The position numbers were made by a program, and so were the translations under genes. From the NCBI RefSeq assembly GCF_032444005.1, contig NC_091283.1:28954001-29018000 (forward strand): a stretch of DNA of 64,000 nucleotides, read 5' to 3'. Below, in pieces: positions 49,076 to 62,203 of the stretch. The number at the start of each line of letters is the position of its first letter. The stretch's first letter is position 1. Origin of the DNA: Ranitomeya imitator. Lineage: Eukaryota. A model generated the notes under the pieces. It saw only the letters and a list, made by a program, of their open reading frames with translations, was not told the DNA's origin and searched no databases.

Positions 49076-49899
49076 GTATACTTTATATCAGACCTAATCT
49101 TACGTGCGCCATCAGCAGCTTTGGGCTCTGTGTCATTAGTATCCTTACTATTAGAGCTCATGTTGGCTAAGCTAAACAGCTTTAAGCGTGGTGGTGGCAA
49201 ACAACAGGTTAATAAGAGGCAGTGTCAGGTAGTAGGAAAATAGCCAGTTAATAATAGGCAATAGTTCTTTGCAGGAATGCAGATATTAATAAATAGGCAG
49301 TTTATATTGCAGAGAAATTGCTGGGCAATAATGGACAATGTCCTTATGTGGCAAATAATAGAGCAATATACCCAATGTGGCAAAGAAGAGGTTAATAAAC
49401 CGCAGTCTCTCAGTATAACAGTCAGTGAATAATAGGCAGTATATGGAGAAAACACCAAACAAAAGTTCAAAATTGGTGTGAAAATGTCACTGAACCACTT
49501 CACAACTAAATATATATAGTTTTGGTAAATGGTATTATAATTTTTTTGACGAAATTCGGCAGGAGCTTGAAGAGCAACGTCACTGGGCCCGCCTCCACGC
49601 AGTAGAAACTTGCTGTGAGGTAAAAATTCAAAAATCACACCAAAATGGCGGGCGGAGTGTGTCACAGTACGGCACGTTTCTGATTGGTCGCTCGCAGCAG
49701 GCGGCAACCAATCAGACACTGGACACTGTTGATGTCACTTATCTCCGGACATTAGCTCCGGACATTAGCTCCGGACATTAGCTCCGGACAGGAAGTTGGC
49801 ACAAATTGCAGGAAGTAGTATTCTAGGCAATTACTGTATATATTAGATGATTTTAATTACATCCAAACACAGTTGGTTCCGACCTTCCTATAAATACAG

Positions 49900-49923
49900 G
49901 CTTTACCATGACATTAGCCAGAG
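49900..49923 (+). CDS. Candidate second cytoplasmic mini-exon of the class I gene
   Basis: tacag|G...GAG|gtaagt, 24 bp, phase-compatible (GFTMTLAR); splice-site evidence only. Confidence 0.35.
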
Positions 49924-50133
49924 GTAAGTGTTCACACTAGGCAGTTAGGTCAGGGACCCATCCGATTCATGAGATTCCCTTGACGTTGGTGGATGGGCTC
50001 ACATTTTTTGGCCAAATCGTGTGCTGGGCATCTCATGTGTTTTTTCATAGATTTCACAAGCCATTATGCTATTCCCATTTCATCTATCGCACATTCATTT
50101 GCTTTAGTACAATTGAGTGCAGCCATTCATCTA

Positions 50134-51785
50134 CAGTTAGGGCCAGAAATATTTGGACAGTGACACAAGTTTTGTTATTTTAGCGGTTTACAAAAACATG
50201 TTCAGAAATACAATTATATATATAATATGGGCTGAAAGTGCACACTCCCAGCTGCAATATGATAGTTTCCACATCCAAATCGGAGAAAGGGTTTAGGAAT
50301 CATAGCTCTGTAATGCATAGCGTCCTCTTTTTCAAGGGACCAAAAGTAATTGGACAATGGACTCTAAGGGCTGCAATTAACTCTGAAGGCGTCTCCCTCG
50401 TTAACCTGTAATCAATGAAGTAGTTAAAAGGTCAGGGGTGGATTCCAGGTGTGTGGTTTTGCATTTGGAAGCTGTTGCTGTGAGCAGACAACATGCGGTC
50501 AAAGGAACTCTCAATTGTGGTGAAGCAGAACATCCTGAGGCTGAAAAAAAAGAAAAAATCCATCAGAGAGATAGCAGACATGCTTGGAGTAGCAAAATCA
50601 ACAGTTGGGTACATTCTGAGAAAAAAGGAATTGACTGGTGAGCTTGGGAACTCAAAAAGGCCTGGGCGTCCACGGATGACAACAGTGGTGGATGATCGCC
50701 GCATACTTAATTTGGTGAAGAAGAACCCGTTCACAACATCAACTGAAGTCCAGAACACTCTCAGTGAAGTAGGTGTATCTGTCTCTAAGTCAACAGTAAA
50801 GAGAAGACTCCATGACAGTAAATACAAAGGGTTCACATCTAGATGCAAACCATTCATCAATACCAAAAATAGACAGGCCAGAGTTAAATTTGCAGAAAAA
50901 CACCTCAAGAAGCCAGCTCAGTTCTGGAAAAGTATTCTATGGACAGATGAGACAAAGATCAACCTGTACCAGAATGATGGGAAGAAAAAAGTTTGGAGAA
51001 GAAAGGGAACGGCACATGATCCAAGGCACACCACATCCTCTGTAAAACATGGTGGAGGCAACGTGATGGCATGGGCATGCATGGCTTTCAATGGCACTGG
51101 GTCACTTGTGTTTATTGATGACATAAGAGCAGACAAGAGTAGCCGGATGAATTCTGAAGTGTACCGGGATATACTTTCAGCCCAGATTCAGCCAAATGCT
51201 GCAAAGTTGATTGGACGGCGCTTCATAGTACAGATGGACAATGACCCCAAGCATACATCCAAAGCTACCCAGGAGTTCATGAGTGCCAAAAAGTAGCACA
51301 TTCTGCAATGGCCAAGTCAATCTCCAGATCTAAACCCAATTGAGCATGCATTTCACTTGCTCAAATCCAGACTTAAGACGGAAAGACCCACAAACAAGCA
51401 AGACCTGAAGGCTGCGGCTGTAAAGGCCTGGCAAAGCATTAAGAAGGAGGAAACCCAGCGTTTGGTGATGTCCATGGGTTCCAGACTTAAGGCAGTGATT
51501 GCCTCCAAAGGATTTGCAACAAAATATTGAAAATAAAAATATTTTGTATGGGTTATGTTTATTTGTCCAATTACTTTTGACCTCCTGAAATGTGGAGTGT
51601 TTGTAAAGAAATGTGTACAATTCCTACATTTTCTATCAGATATTTTTGTTCAACCCTTCAAATTAAACGTTACAATCTGCACTTGAATTCTGTTGTAGAG
51701 GTTTCATTTCAAATCCAATGTGGTGGCATGCAGAGCCCAACTCGCGAAAATTGTGTCACTGTCCAAATATTTCTGGCCCTAACTG
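50134..51785 (+). mobile_element. Full-length Tc1 DNA transposon (1652 bp)
   Basis: TA|CAGTTAGGGCCAGAAATATTTGGACAGTGACACAA and its exact inverse at the right end, followed by TA. Confidence 0.97.
50493..51530 (+). pseudogene. Tc1 DD34E transposase with a single nonsense codon
   Basis: HTH, WTDETK, QMDNDPKH; TAG at 51294-51296, then in-frame HILQWPSQSPDLNPIEH...GFATKY stop. Confidence 0.93.
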
Positions 51786-52109
51786 TATTTGTTACAAATA
51801 AAGATTAAACAACAACCACAAGACAGAATTCATCAACCACGGTATCATTTCAATCAGTTATAATGGTGCTAAACTGACACTGTCTGTAGTCTACTGAGCC
51901 CAATCCTGCTGACAAGTTCTCTTAAGGCTGCATATTTATTACTGTATATTTGTGTAATGAATGGTTGTTCCTCTTGTTTCCATATTATCATATTATTGAA
52001 TTGTCAATAATCACAATGTGCATTAAAAATGTAGAAATCTTTCAGTTTGCACACTGACCACTGAGGCCATTTTAAACTCGCACTTCCTGCTTTTTACAGA
52101 AGAAATCAC

Positions 52110-53155
52110 ACAAGCAGGATTACAATGATGTAAAACACCTCTATATACATAAAATTACACAGGATCCACCATTCACAGTAGGTTATGTCACAGCTCACCC
52201 ACTCCTCCTCCTGTACAATGAACGATAGCACCTCTATATACAGTAGATAACACAGGATCTACAATTCACAGTAGGTGATGTCACAGCTCACCTCCTCCTC
52301 CTTCTGTACAATGACTGATAACACCTCTATATACATAAAATTACACAGGATCCACCATTCACAGTAGGTGATGTCACAGCTCACCTCCTCCTGTACAATG
52401 ACCGATAGCACCTCTATATACAGTAGATAACACAGGATCTACAATTCACAGTAGGTGATGTCACAGCTCACCTCCTCCTCCTTCTGTACAATGACTGATA
52501 ACACCTCTATATACAGTAGATAATACAGGATCCACCATTCACAATAGGTGATGTCACAGCTCCCCTCCTCCTCCTGTACAATGACTGATAACACCTCTAT
52601 ATACAGTAGATAACACAGGATCCACAATTCACAATAGGTGATGTCACAGCTCACCTCCTCCTCCTGTACAATGACTGATAACACCTCTATATACAGTAGA
52701 TAACACAGGATCCACCATTCACAATAGGTGATGCAATAGCTCACCTCCTCCTCCTCCTGTACAATGACTGATAACACCTCTATATACAGTAGATAACACA
52801 GGATCCATCATTCACAATAGGTGATGTCACAGCTCACCTCCTCCCTCTCCCGTACAATGACTGATAACACCTCTATATACAGTAGATAACACAGGATCCA
52901 TCATTCACAATAGGTGATGTCACAGCTCACCTCCTCCTCCTCCTGTACAATGACTGATAACACCTCTAAATACAGTAGAAAACACAGGATCCACCATTCA
53001 CAATAGATTATGTCACAGCTCACCTCCTCCTCGACCTGTACAATGACTGATAACACCTCTAAATACAGTAGAAAACACAGGATCCACCATTCACAATAGG
53101 TGATGTCACAGGTCACCTCCTCCTCCTGTACAATGACTGATAACACCTCTATATA
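52110..53155. repeat. ~90-bp minisatellite
   Basis: TGTACAATGACTGATAACACCTCTATATACAGTAGATAACACAGGATCCACCATTCAC...GTCACAGCTCACCTCCTCC units, about 11 copies. Confidence 0.95.
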
Positions 53156-53680
53156 CAAGTACAGAAAGAAGAACATGAAGTATGAGTCTACAAAATCTCC
53201 AGGTGTCAGTCATAAGCCATATTCTGATGGCACATTCCATGTAAAGTGGTTGTCCCCTACACCATTTTATGAAACAAAAGGGCACGAAGCAGGAACCATC
53301 ATGTGACGCTGCAGCCAGTCAGCTGCTACTGTGCAGCCATGATTATCCATTCCTCTTCCAAAGAGGAAAAGAAGACCAGCGAGGAACATAGGAGCATATT
53401 TTTTTTTACATTTTAATATCAGCATGGACTCATTTGTTCTATAAAGGTTTGGGATGGATCCCCTTAAAGTGATTGTTAACTTTCAACAATCACTGAGCTC
53501 AGCGGCTTGTGCCATCGACATCAGCAGAGCTGCCGAGCTTTGTGATTGGCTGAATAGTGACAGCTCTGAGAACAGATCAGCTACAGAAGCAGGAGCCGGA
53601 CTCGGGGGTGAGTACTAGCTGGTTTTGTTGTTTTACATGCATTTCACTTTGCTAAACAAAACTTGTGGAAAATCCCTTTA

Positions 53681-54271
53681 AGGTTATGTGCACGTGTTTA
53701 GCTTTTGATGCAAAAAAATCTTTTGCAAATACTCAAGTGTTGGCAAAAAACTGCAGTAAAATCCTCATCCTCACGTTTTGATGCATTTTTCTCCATTTAT
53801 TTGAATGGATTAAAAAAACTGCAAATACAGTTAAAGAATCGACTCATGCTGCAGATTAGAAAAATCACTGGATCAAACAGCAAAGTGCATGTGCATGAGA
53901 TGTCAGAGGTCTCATTCATTATTATGGAACTGTAAAGTGCATGCGCATGAGATGTCAGAAGTCTCATTCATTATTATGGAACTGTAAAGTGCATGTGCAT
54001 GAGATGTCAGAGGTCTCATTCATTATTATGGAACTGTAAAGTGCATGTGCATGAGATGTCAGAAGTCTCATTCATTATTATGGAACTGTAAAGTGCATGT
54101 GCATGAGATGTCAGAAGTCTCATTCATTATTATGGAACTGTAAAGTGCATGTGCATGATATGTTAGAAGTCGCAATCATTATTATAGAACTGTAAAGTGC
54201 AGCGTTTTTTACCCTTAAAGAATGACTGAAAAAAAAAAATGCTGAAAAGATGCAGCGTGTGAACAAGCCCT
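53681..54271. mobile_element. T2/Kolobok-type MITE with a 52-bp tandem array
   Basis: TTA|AGGTTATGTGCAC...GTGTGAACAAGCCCT; about six 52-bp units at 53882-54200. Confidence 0.7.
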
Positions 54272-54319
54272 ATATCTGCATTCAACGTTTTGACACTAAG
54301 GCTTTTCACTCCCATTTAT

Positions 54320-56950
54320 ATTGTAGCAAAATATATAAGTGCTTCTGTCTAAATTAGAATATCATGAAAAAGTGAATTTATTTCAGTTCTTCAATACAAA
54401 AAGTGAATCTCATATATTATATAGAGTCATTACACACAGAGTGATCTATTTCACGTGATTGTTTCTGTTAATGTTGATGATTATGGCTTACAGTCAATGA
54501 AAGCCCAAAAGTCACTATCTCAGTAAATTAGAATACTTTATAACACCATCTTGTAAAATGATTTTAAAATCCGAAATGTTGGCCTACTGAAATGTATATT
54601 CAGTAAATGCCCACAGCGTCGGACTGGAGCACCTTGGGCCCACCAGAGAAAATGTTTCTTGGGGCCCACTATGTAGCTACATAGAAATAGATACAAGACC
54701 ACAAATTGTGCGGTAGAAAGCGCTAATATCAGGGTATAATATAAGGTAGTTCACGTCTTAATTATGTAGCAGGGGTTGGGGTAGCCCCCTCACAGAATAT
54801 AATGTAGCCCCCTCATAAAATATAATGCAGTCCCTTCTCATAGAATATAATGCAGCAACCCACAAAATATAATGCAACCCCCTCTGGTATAACGCAGTCC
54901 CCACCATAGAATATAATGTAGCACCCTCATAGGGTATAATGCAGCACCCCTCATATAGTATAATGCAGCCCACCACAGAATATAATGTAGTCACCTGAAA
55001 GAATGTAGCCCCACCACAGCCTATAATGCAGCCCTCATAGAGTATACTGTAGCCCCCTCATATAGTATGATGTAGCCCCCCATAATATAATGTAGTATAG
55101 TCCCTTGAAAATAATGCAGTCCTCCCACAGAATATAATGTAGCCCCCTCATAAAGTATAATGCAGCTCCTCTCCACCCCCATCATTGTCCTCATCACCAC
55201 CTCCATCATTGCCTTCTCCCCCTCCACCCCTATCATTCTCCCCCACCACCTCCATCACTGCCCATCCCACCACCTGCATCATTGCCTCCTCTCCACCATC
55301 ATTGTCCATTTCATCTCCTCCATCAGCACCTCCATCATTGCCTCCCCCCACCACCACCATTGCCCATCACCTCCATCATTGCCTCCCCCACCACCATCAT
55401 TGCCCATTTCATCACCTCCATCATTGCCTCCCACCACCACCATTGCCCATCACCTCCATCATTGCCTCCCCCACCACCATCATTGCCCATCACTTCCATC
55501 ATTGCCTCCCCACCATCATTGCCTATCACCTCTCACCTCCATCATTGCCCATCACCTCCATCATTGCCTCCCCCACCACCATCATTGCCTATTTCATTGC
55601 CTCCCACAACCAACATTGCCCATCACCTCCATCATTGCCTCCCCCACCACCATCATTGCCCATCACCTCCATCATTGCCTCCCCACCATTATTGCCTATC
55701 ACCTCTCACCACCATCATTGCCCATTTCATTGCCTCTCACAACCACCATTGCCCATCACCTCCATCATTGCCTCCCCCACCACCATCATTGCCCATCACC
55801 TCCATCATTGCCTATCACCTCCATCATTGCCTATCACCTTCTTAATTGTCTCCCCCACCATAATCATTGCCCATTAACTCCATAATTGTCTCCCCACCAC
55901 CACCATCATTGCCTATCACCTCCATCATTGTCTCCCCACCACCACCATCATTGCCCATCACCTCCATCATTGTCTCCCCCCACCAATATCATTGTCCTTC
56001 ACCACCACACACACACCTCACCGCAGCAAAAGCTCATCACACACACACACGCAGGCACAGACACACACATGCAGGCACAGACACACGCAGGCACAGACAC
56101 ACAGGCACAGACATGCAGGCACACAGCACAGCTCACCTTCCCGCAGCATTAGCTCATCCCATCAGCCTCTTCCTGGCTGGAAGCAGGACGCCGGGAGGTG
56201 AGCTGCTCTGTGTGAGTCTGTGTGCCTGCATGTGTGTGTATGTGTGCGGTGCTGTGTGTGTGTGGTGCGGCTTTACATGAGGGCAGTGTTAGCTGCAGCC
56301 TGCGGCTAACGCTGCCCGCTATTAAAGAGAAATGGTATTCACGCCTCTCCACGCCCATAGGTCCCCGGCGCTCTGCTTCTCTGCACTCCTCCTGCATCCT
56401 GTGTCAGCGCCGGCCAGCCGGAAAGCAGAGCGGTGACGTCACCGCTCTGCTTTCCGGCTGACCGGCGCTGACAGTGCAGAGGAAAGCAGAGCGCCGGAGG
56501 ACAGACAACGGAAGGTAAGTATGTAGTGTTTGTTTTTTTAACGTTTACACTGGTAACCATGGTAAACATCGGGTTACTAAGCGCGGCCCTGCGCTTAGTA
56601 ACCCGATGTTTACCCTGGTTACCGGGGACCTCGGGATCGTTGGTCGCTGGAGAGCTGTCTGTGTGACAGCTCTCCAGCGACTCCAGCGACCAAACGGCGA
56701 CGCTGCAGCGATCGACATCGTTGTCGGTATCGCTGCAGCGTCGCTTAGTGTGACGGTACCTTTAGGAAGCCTTTACAGGTGTTTATTATTAATTATTCTA
56801 ATTTACTGAGATAATGACTTTGGGGTTTTCATTGGCTGTAAGCCATAATCATCAACATTAACAGAAATAAAAACGTGAAGTAGATCACTCTGTAATGACT
56901 CTATATATGAGTTTCACTTTTTGTATTGAAGAACTGAAATAAATTAACTT
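54320..56950. mobile_element. Internally deleted long-TIR Tc1-like element with nested repeats
   Basis: 54340-54520 is mirrored by 56820-56950; the interior holds a CAGCGTCGGACTGG-type MITE fragment and a T2-MITE end (~56530-56761). Confidence 0.65.
54790..56130. repeat. Low-complexity arrays (TATAATGTAGCCCC; CCATCATTGCC; CA-rich)
   Basis: Seen directly; source of the His/Pro/Ser-rich ORFs. Confidence 0.9.
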
Positions 56951-57959
56951 TTAACAAACCGACCGGCGGCACTAAACGGCCACATATCGTTAAACATTTA
57001 CCATTCAGTGGTACTTTAATGACCTGTTTACACAGGCAGAAACCATGGGGTGATGCGCACTGAGCGATCGGTAACAGGGTGATGCACCACCTAGAACAAT
57101 GATCTTTTGATCTGTACAAGCGTTATGCTCGTTTATTGTGTGATTGGCAGTGTGCTTACATCGAAAGATTACTGTAACACTGACATTAAAAGGCATCCTT
57201 CAAGCAAATTAAAGGGAACATCACCAAGTTTTTGCTCACTTAAATTAGAGCAGCATTATGTAGGGGCAGAGACCTTGATTCCAATGATGTGTCACTTAAT
57301 TTACTAGTTGCTGCAGTTGTGATAAAATCCTTGTTTCCTCTGCTGAAAATGTAGCGGAGCTCTGATTGCTGAGCTGTGTATAACCCCACTACCACCACTA
57401 ATTGCCTATAAACAGTGTACACAGAAAGCTGCCACTCAGTGGTGAGGGCGTGGATGGACTACCTGGTTTACTAGTCCTCTAGTGATAAAATCAATGTTTT
57501 ATCAGCAGAAGGTCATCAAAACTACAGCAAGCAGCCCAATACGTGATATATTGCTGGAATCAGGGTCTCTGCCCCATATCATGCTGCTCTCAGATTACAA
57601 AGTATGATGAAAAATTCACTTTAACTCTATAAACAAGGATAAGACTTTACATTAAATTCCCCTGACACTACCTGGTTAAGACCACCATACTCCCATTTCC
57701 CCTGGACTTTATCAGTTTATTGAGATTAAATAGACAATCGTGGAGATGAGAGCAGATTTGGGGAAATATACAGGTGCGGTAATTTATAAAACTTTTGTTA
57801 CTAATGTTAAATATAATTTCCAATCTGATGAACACTTGAGAAGGGTTAACGCTGAACGTTGTGTTTTCTTGTATTTTAATATTTTAGGTTACACTGTAGA
57901 AGAGTCACCCATCGGAAAAAGACAGATAAAGAAGCTGGTGCTTATATGAAAAAACAATG

Positions 57960-58150
57960 CATATTGCTCCGCATCACAACGCTTTACAGATATCATCACT
58001 CTCCACATCGGGGCTCACAAGCTCCATCATCAGTGGGAGGAAACCAACACCAGCACGGGGAGAACATACAGATGCCTTTCAGATATCGTCCTTGGTCGAG
58101 TTTGAACCCAGGACCCCAGCGCTGCAAAGCAACAGTACTAACTACTGAGC
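57960..58150 (-). mobile_element. tRNA-derived SINE body
   Basis: Minus-strand B-box GGGTTCAAACTC; body similar to 23500-23760. Confidence 0.7.
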
Positions 58151-58927
58151 TGCATATGCTTACAGTGCTAACCACTGAGCTGCATATGCTTATAGTGCTA
58201 ACCACTGAGCTGCATATGCTTATAGTGCTAACCACTGAGCTGCATATGCTTATAGTGCTAACCACTGAGCAGCATGCTTATGGTGCTAACCACTGAGCTG
58301 CAAAGCAACAGTGCTAACCACTGAGCTGCATATGCTTATAGTGCTAACCACTGAGCTGCATATGCTTATAGTGCTAACCACTGAGCTGCATATGCTTATA
58401 GTGCTAACCACTGAGCAGCATGCTTATGGTGCTAACCACTGAGCTGCAAAGCAACAGTGCTAACCACTGAGCTGCATATGCTTATAGTGCTAACCACTGA
58501 GCTGCATATGCTTATAGTGCTAACCACTGAGCTGCATATGCTTATAGTGCTAACCACTGAGCTGCATGCTTATAGTGCTAACCACTGAGCTGCATATACT
58601 TATAGTGCTAACCACTGAGCTGCATATGCTTATAGTGCTAACCACTGAGCTGCATATGCTTATAGTGCTAACCACTGAGCTGCATATGCTTATAGTGCTA
58701 ACCACTGAGCTGCATATGCTCATAGTGCTAACCACTGAGCTGCATGCTTATAGTGCTAACCACTGAGCTGCATATACTTATAGTGCTAACCACTGAGCTG
58801 CATATACTTATAGTGCTAACCACTGAGCTGCATATACTTATAGTGCTAACCACTGAGCTGCATATGCTTATAGTGCTAACCACTGAGCTGCATATACTTA
58901 TAGTGCTAACCACTGAGCTGCATATAC
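58132..58927 (-). repeat. ~30-bp tandem array derived from the SINE A-box head
   Basis: About 27 units of GTGCTAACCACTGAGCTGCATATGCTTATA with higher-order periodicity. Confidence 0.9.
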
Positions 58928-59436
58928 TTAAATAAAGAGGAATATTTTGAAGCTTATACAGTTTTATCCAAACAAAAAAAACAATGAAGAAGAGCACTCA
59001 CCATCCATAAAATTCCAGTCCTTTATTCCACACAAGTGATTGGACAAAAGGAGAACGTGAACTATGACATATTTTTTTTTGTTTTGTTGGACATGAATTT
59101 TTACATCCATGAATGAGCACCCGGTCTCCGTTTGGGCAGATACAAGCAATCAGCTGGATCATTGAGTGTGACTTTTTGATCCCGTATATTGCAGTAGGTG
59201 CGGAGAACTGTTTTTCTTGCATTTTTCCTTATACAGTTTTGTGTTTTTTTGCCATTTCTCATGTGTATAAATTCCAAAGACGTACTGATAGGGAATTTAG
59301 ATTGTGAGTCCCATTGGGGACAGTGATGATAACGTCTGTAAAGCGCTGCGGAATATGATGTTTGTATATGATACTCTGCGTATTCTGAATGCTGTAAAAT
59401 TGATTGCAAAAATAAATCTCTCTTGTGGTTTTTTCT

Positions 59437-59580
59437 TAACCCCTTAGGTGCTGAGACGATTTTGACCTTAATGACGCAGCCCCATTTTTAAAATCCGATA
59501 TGCGTCACTTTTTGTGGGAATAACTCTGAAATTCTTCAACACATTCCGGTGATTCTGAGAAATGTATCTTGTGACACATT
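59437..59580. mobile_element. piggyBac-like terminal fragment
   Basis: TTAA|CCCCTTA start. Confidence 0.4.
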
Positions 59581-60935
59581 GTATGTCACAACCATCACCC
59601 ACTTGCTACACATGTGACTCCGGACAAGGGTTATCAACCATCCAGAAATTCCAGGACTGTCCGTAACATGTTTAAGATGTCCGAGATTTTATTTTGAACT
59701 GAAGAAACTTATACAGATAATTTTGACTGTAATTATCACCATTTTGCAGGTTACAGTGAGCGCAGCTGATGCCTGCCCGGGGTAACACACGCCACCCAGC
59801 TTTCCCAAGCACCTGACGGGTACACAGCCAGCACTCTGACATACACGGGGTAACACAGGCAGATGATAGTGCCCTCTTCTAGGTTGTGGGTAGGTTTAGA
59901 GCAGCAAGCACTTATTACATTTTAGATTTAATATATGGGGAAAAAGGACAGTGATAAAAAACTGATAATAAGATGAAATAGCAGAGAGACATAAATAAGA
60001 GGCTAAAACTGCAGAAAACATGAAGGAAAAATTCAAGAAGGTTCTTACAATTAGATTTGGGAGCGACATTAGATTTTCTCGATGAGATATTATATAGGAT
60101 CTCATTCACACTCCTCCTCCTCCGGGGCAGGTGAGTGGAGGAGGAGTAATTGTATGCAAGAAAACATGGGTGGAAAGGCATAAATACTCATTTATGTCAT
60201 ATTTCTCATCGGACCCTCGTAGTGGAATAATATGACCACCATATTTCAGATCATACTGTCAGCATCCTAGACACACCAAACATGACTATAATATATCCAT
60301 AAATTGGGGAGATACTATATTTCTGTGGTTTTGCAAAAAAAAGGAGAAAACAGAATGTATATGTTTCAAACAGGTTGAAAAATATTTATTAATTTAATTT
60401 AACAAACAATTGGAAAACATATTTAAAAAGGTGCCGGAAAAAAAAAACAGACAACAGTGACACCTATCCATGTTAATTAATATATATTTCTGTGGTTACC
60501 CAATGCCGAAAATCCTGGCACCTGAACCCGCAGAAGCGACTATGTTCCCCTATCACAGATGTATCTATGGATGGTGTTGATATCAGAGTATGAGAGCTAT
60601 GGCATGGAAATATTGCGTTGCCATGTGATGTCCCGGGTAGACTGGAGACGCACCGTCTGCTTTAGGTGGATTATTTTCTCCGGTGTAGTTTAGGACGCTT
60701 TTATAGTGAGAAAATACAGATAACGCTTGTTCTTCCTGTCACTGTCGTATCCTCACTAATTTATTTACTCACAGTAGATATTGCTGGGTGTAAAGTAATA
60801 ACTGATTTATTTACCTAATCCATAACAGCGATGGTATGGAAGATTGATTTCCAGATTGTCTCCCAAGCTCATCTCGCCAGTTTCTCCCATCTATGTTCCC
60901 ACAGTCACTTACCTTCTTATGACACATATAAACAT

Positions 60936-61614
60936 AAGGAGAACAAGGAGCAAAACACGGAATTATATATGAACAATTACTTTTATTAATACAAATATTA
61001 AAAAATAGTTATCAGTAATGAGTCATACTAAAGACGTTTCCAATAAATAAGTGAAGGGGAAACCACCTCCCCAAAACACTCCTCACTGTTCGTAGATAAT
61101 GGCCCAAAATGCAGAGCAGAGCATAATCCCTGCAGGGATATTCAGTAAGTGAACCCATATAAGCGTAAATGCACTGTATGCCACAAATCGTCCGTCCCTA
61201 AAATAGGGGTGACATCATGCATCATGTAAGTAATCAGGGCAAGTCAGCAAAAGAGACGAATGGGCTTACCAGAGGAGGGATGAGGAGTGAAGGGCACAGC
61301 CAGAAAGCGACCCCCGACGCGCGTTTCGCAGCGCTGCACGCCGCTTACTCAAGGGGATGAGGCGTGCAGCGCCGCGAAACACGCGTCGGGGGTCGTCTCT
61401 TTTGCTGACTTGCCCTGATTACTTACATGATGCATGATGTTACCCCTATTTTAGGGACGGACAGTGAGGAGTGTTTTGGGGAGGTGGTTTCCGCTTCACT
61501 TATTTATTGGAAACGTCTTTACTATGACTCACTACTGATAACTATTTTTTTAAATTTGCATTAATAAAAGTAATTGTTTATATATAATTTCGTGTTTTGT
61601 TCCTTGTTCTCCTT
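60936..61614. repeat. Fold-back centred on inverted hammerhead-like motifs
   Basis: The right arm mirrors the left arm minus two segments (~61090-61190 and ~61260-61307). Confidence 0.88.
61311..61356 (-). ncRNA. Degenerate hammerhead-like motif
   Basis: CCCC-UUGAGUA-A-GCGG...CUGC-GAAA-C(GCGC)GUC-GGGG; positions 3 and 8 are U/U, unpaired. Confidence 0.5.
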
Positions 61615-62203
61615 GTTCTGCATGCTATTTGTGGAGCGGATTTAATTTGTCTGGGGGCCCATTACATTTTTTGTGCCTCTACCCAGACTGTAGATTGTCT
61701 GGACAATTATGTAGTTAGTTATCTGACGAGTGATGGAAGAGGCGGCGGCTGCTTCCACTGCAAGGCCGGATATCAGGGAACTCACAGTGAGCGTATGGTA
61801 TATACACCTCCGATTCCAACGCATGGATTTATGTATACCCCAGTACAGTCACTGCCAGCTCCATAAAAGCAAAAAGAACAATTCACTGCCACCACTAATC
61901 GTTTATACAGGCCGATTGGAAACCTGTTACAGGTAACGTATGGCTTCAGTGTGCGGTTTACAAAACAAAAGGAACAAAGCTATTAAATTTGATATTTAAT
62001 CCAGAAAGATTGTCAGTGTTTATAAAAATATAGAAAGATTTTACAAAGCGGACAAAACGATACAATATCTACAATTAAATAAAATTAAAAGGATTAATGC
62101 AAGAAACTTACTAAATCTGGTCAAAGAAATGGCTCTGCTTTATGGAGGCAAGTGCTCCTAGTGAAAACTTGGGTCAAGCCTACACAGCAATGTATCTTCC
62201 TGG

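Larger units (their letters stand above)
42883..49847 (-). mobile_element. Non-autonomous Helitron (~1.25 kb) interrupted by gypsy C
   Basis: Minus strand A|TCTAATATATA 5' end; subterminal hairpin CCCGATTC-TTTA-GAATCGGG then CTAG|T 3' end; AT target without TSD. Confidence 0.85.

Noticed and set aside
52100-52129. Terminal class I exon (EEITQAGLQ stop)
   Set aside because: Acceptor is plausible, but the sequence merges into a degenerate minisatellite unit; cannot be supported without RNA data
53161-53202. Cytoplasmic-like peptide RKKNMKYESTKSP
   Set aside because: No polypyrimidine tract, and the available AG gives the wrong phase
55160-56280. His/Pro/Ser-rich ORFs of 187-241 aa
   Set aside because: Low-complexity CCATCATTG repeats open in several frames; no splice or domain support
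60300-60930. Possible L1/Tx1 ORF2 3' remnant on the minus strand
   Set aside because: Only faint motifs (WETIWK) among many stops; too weak to call
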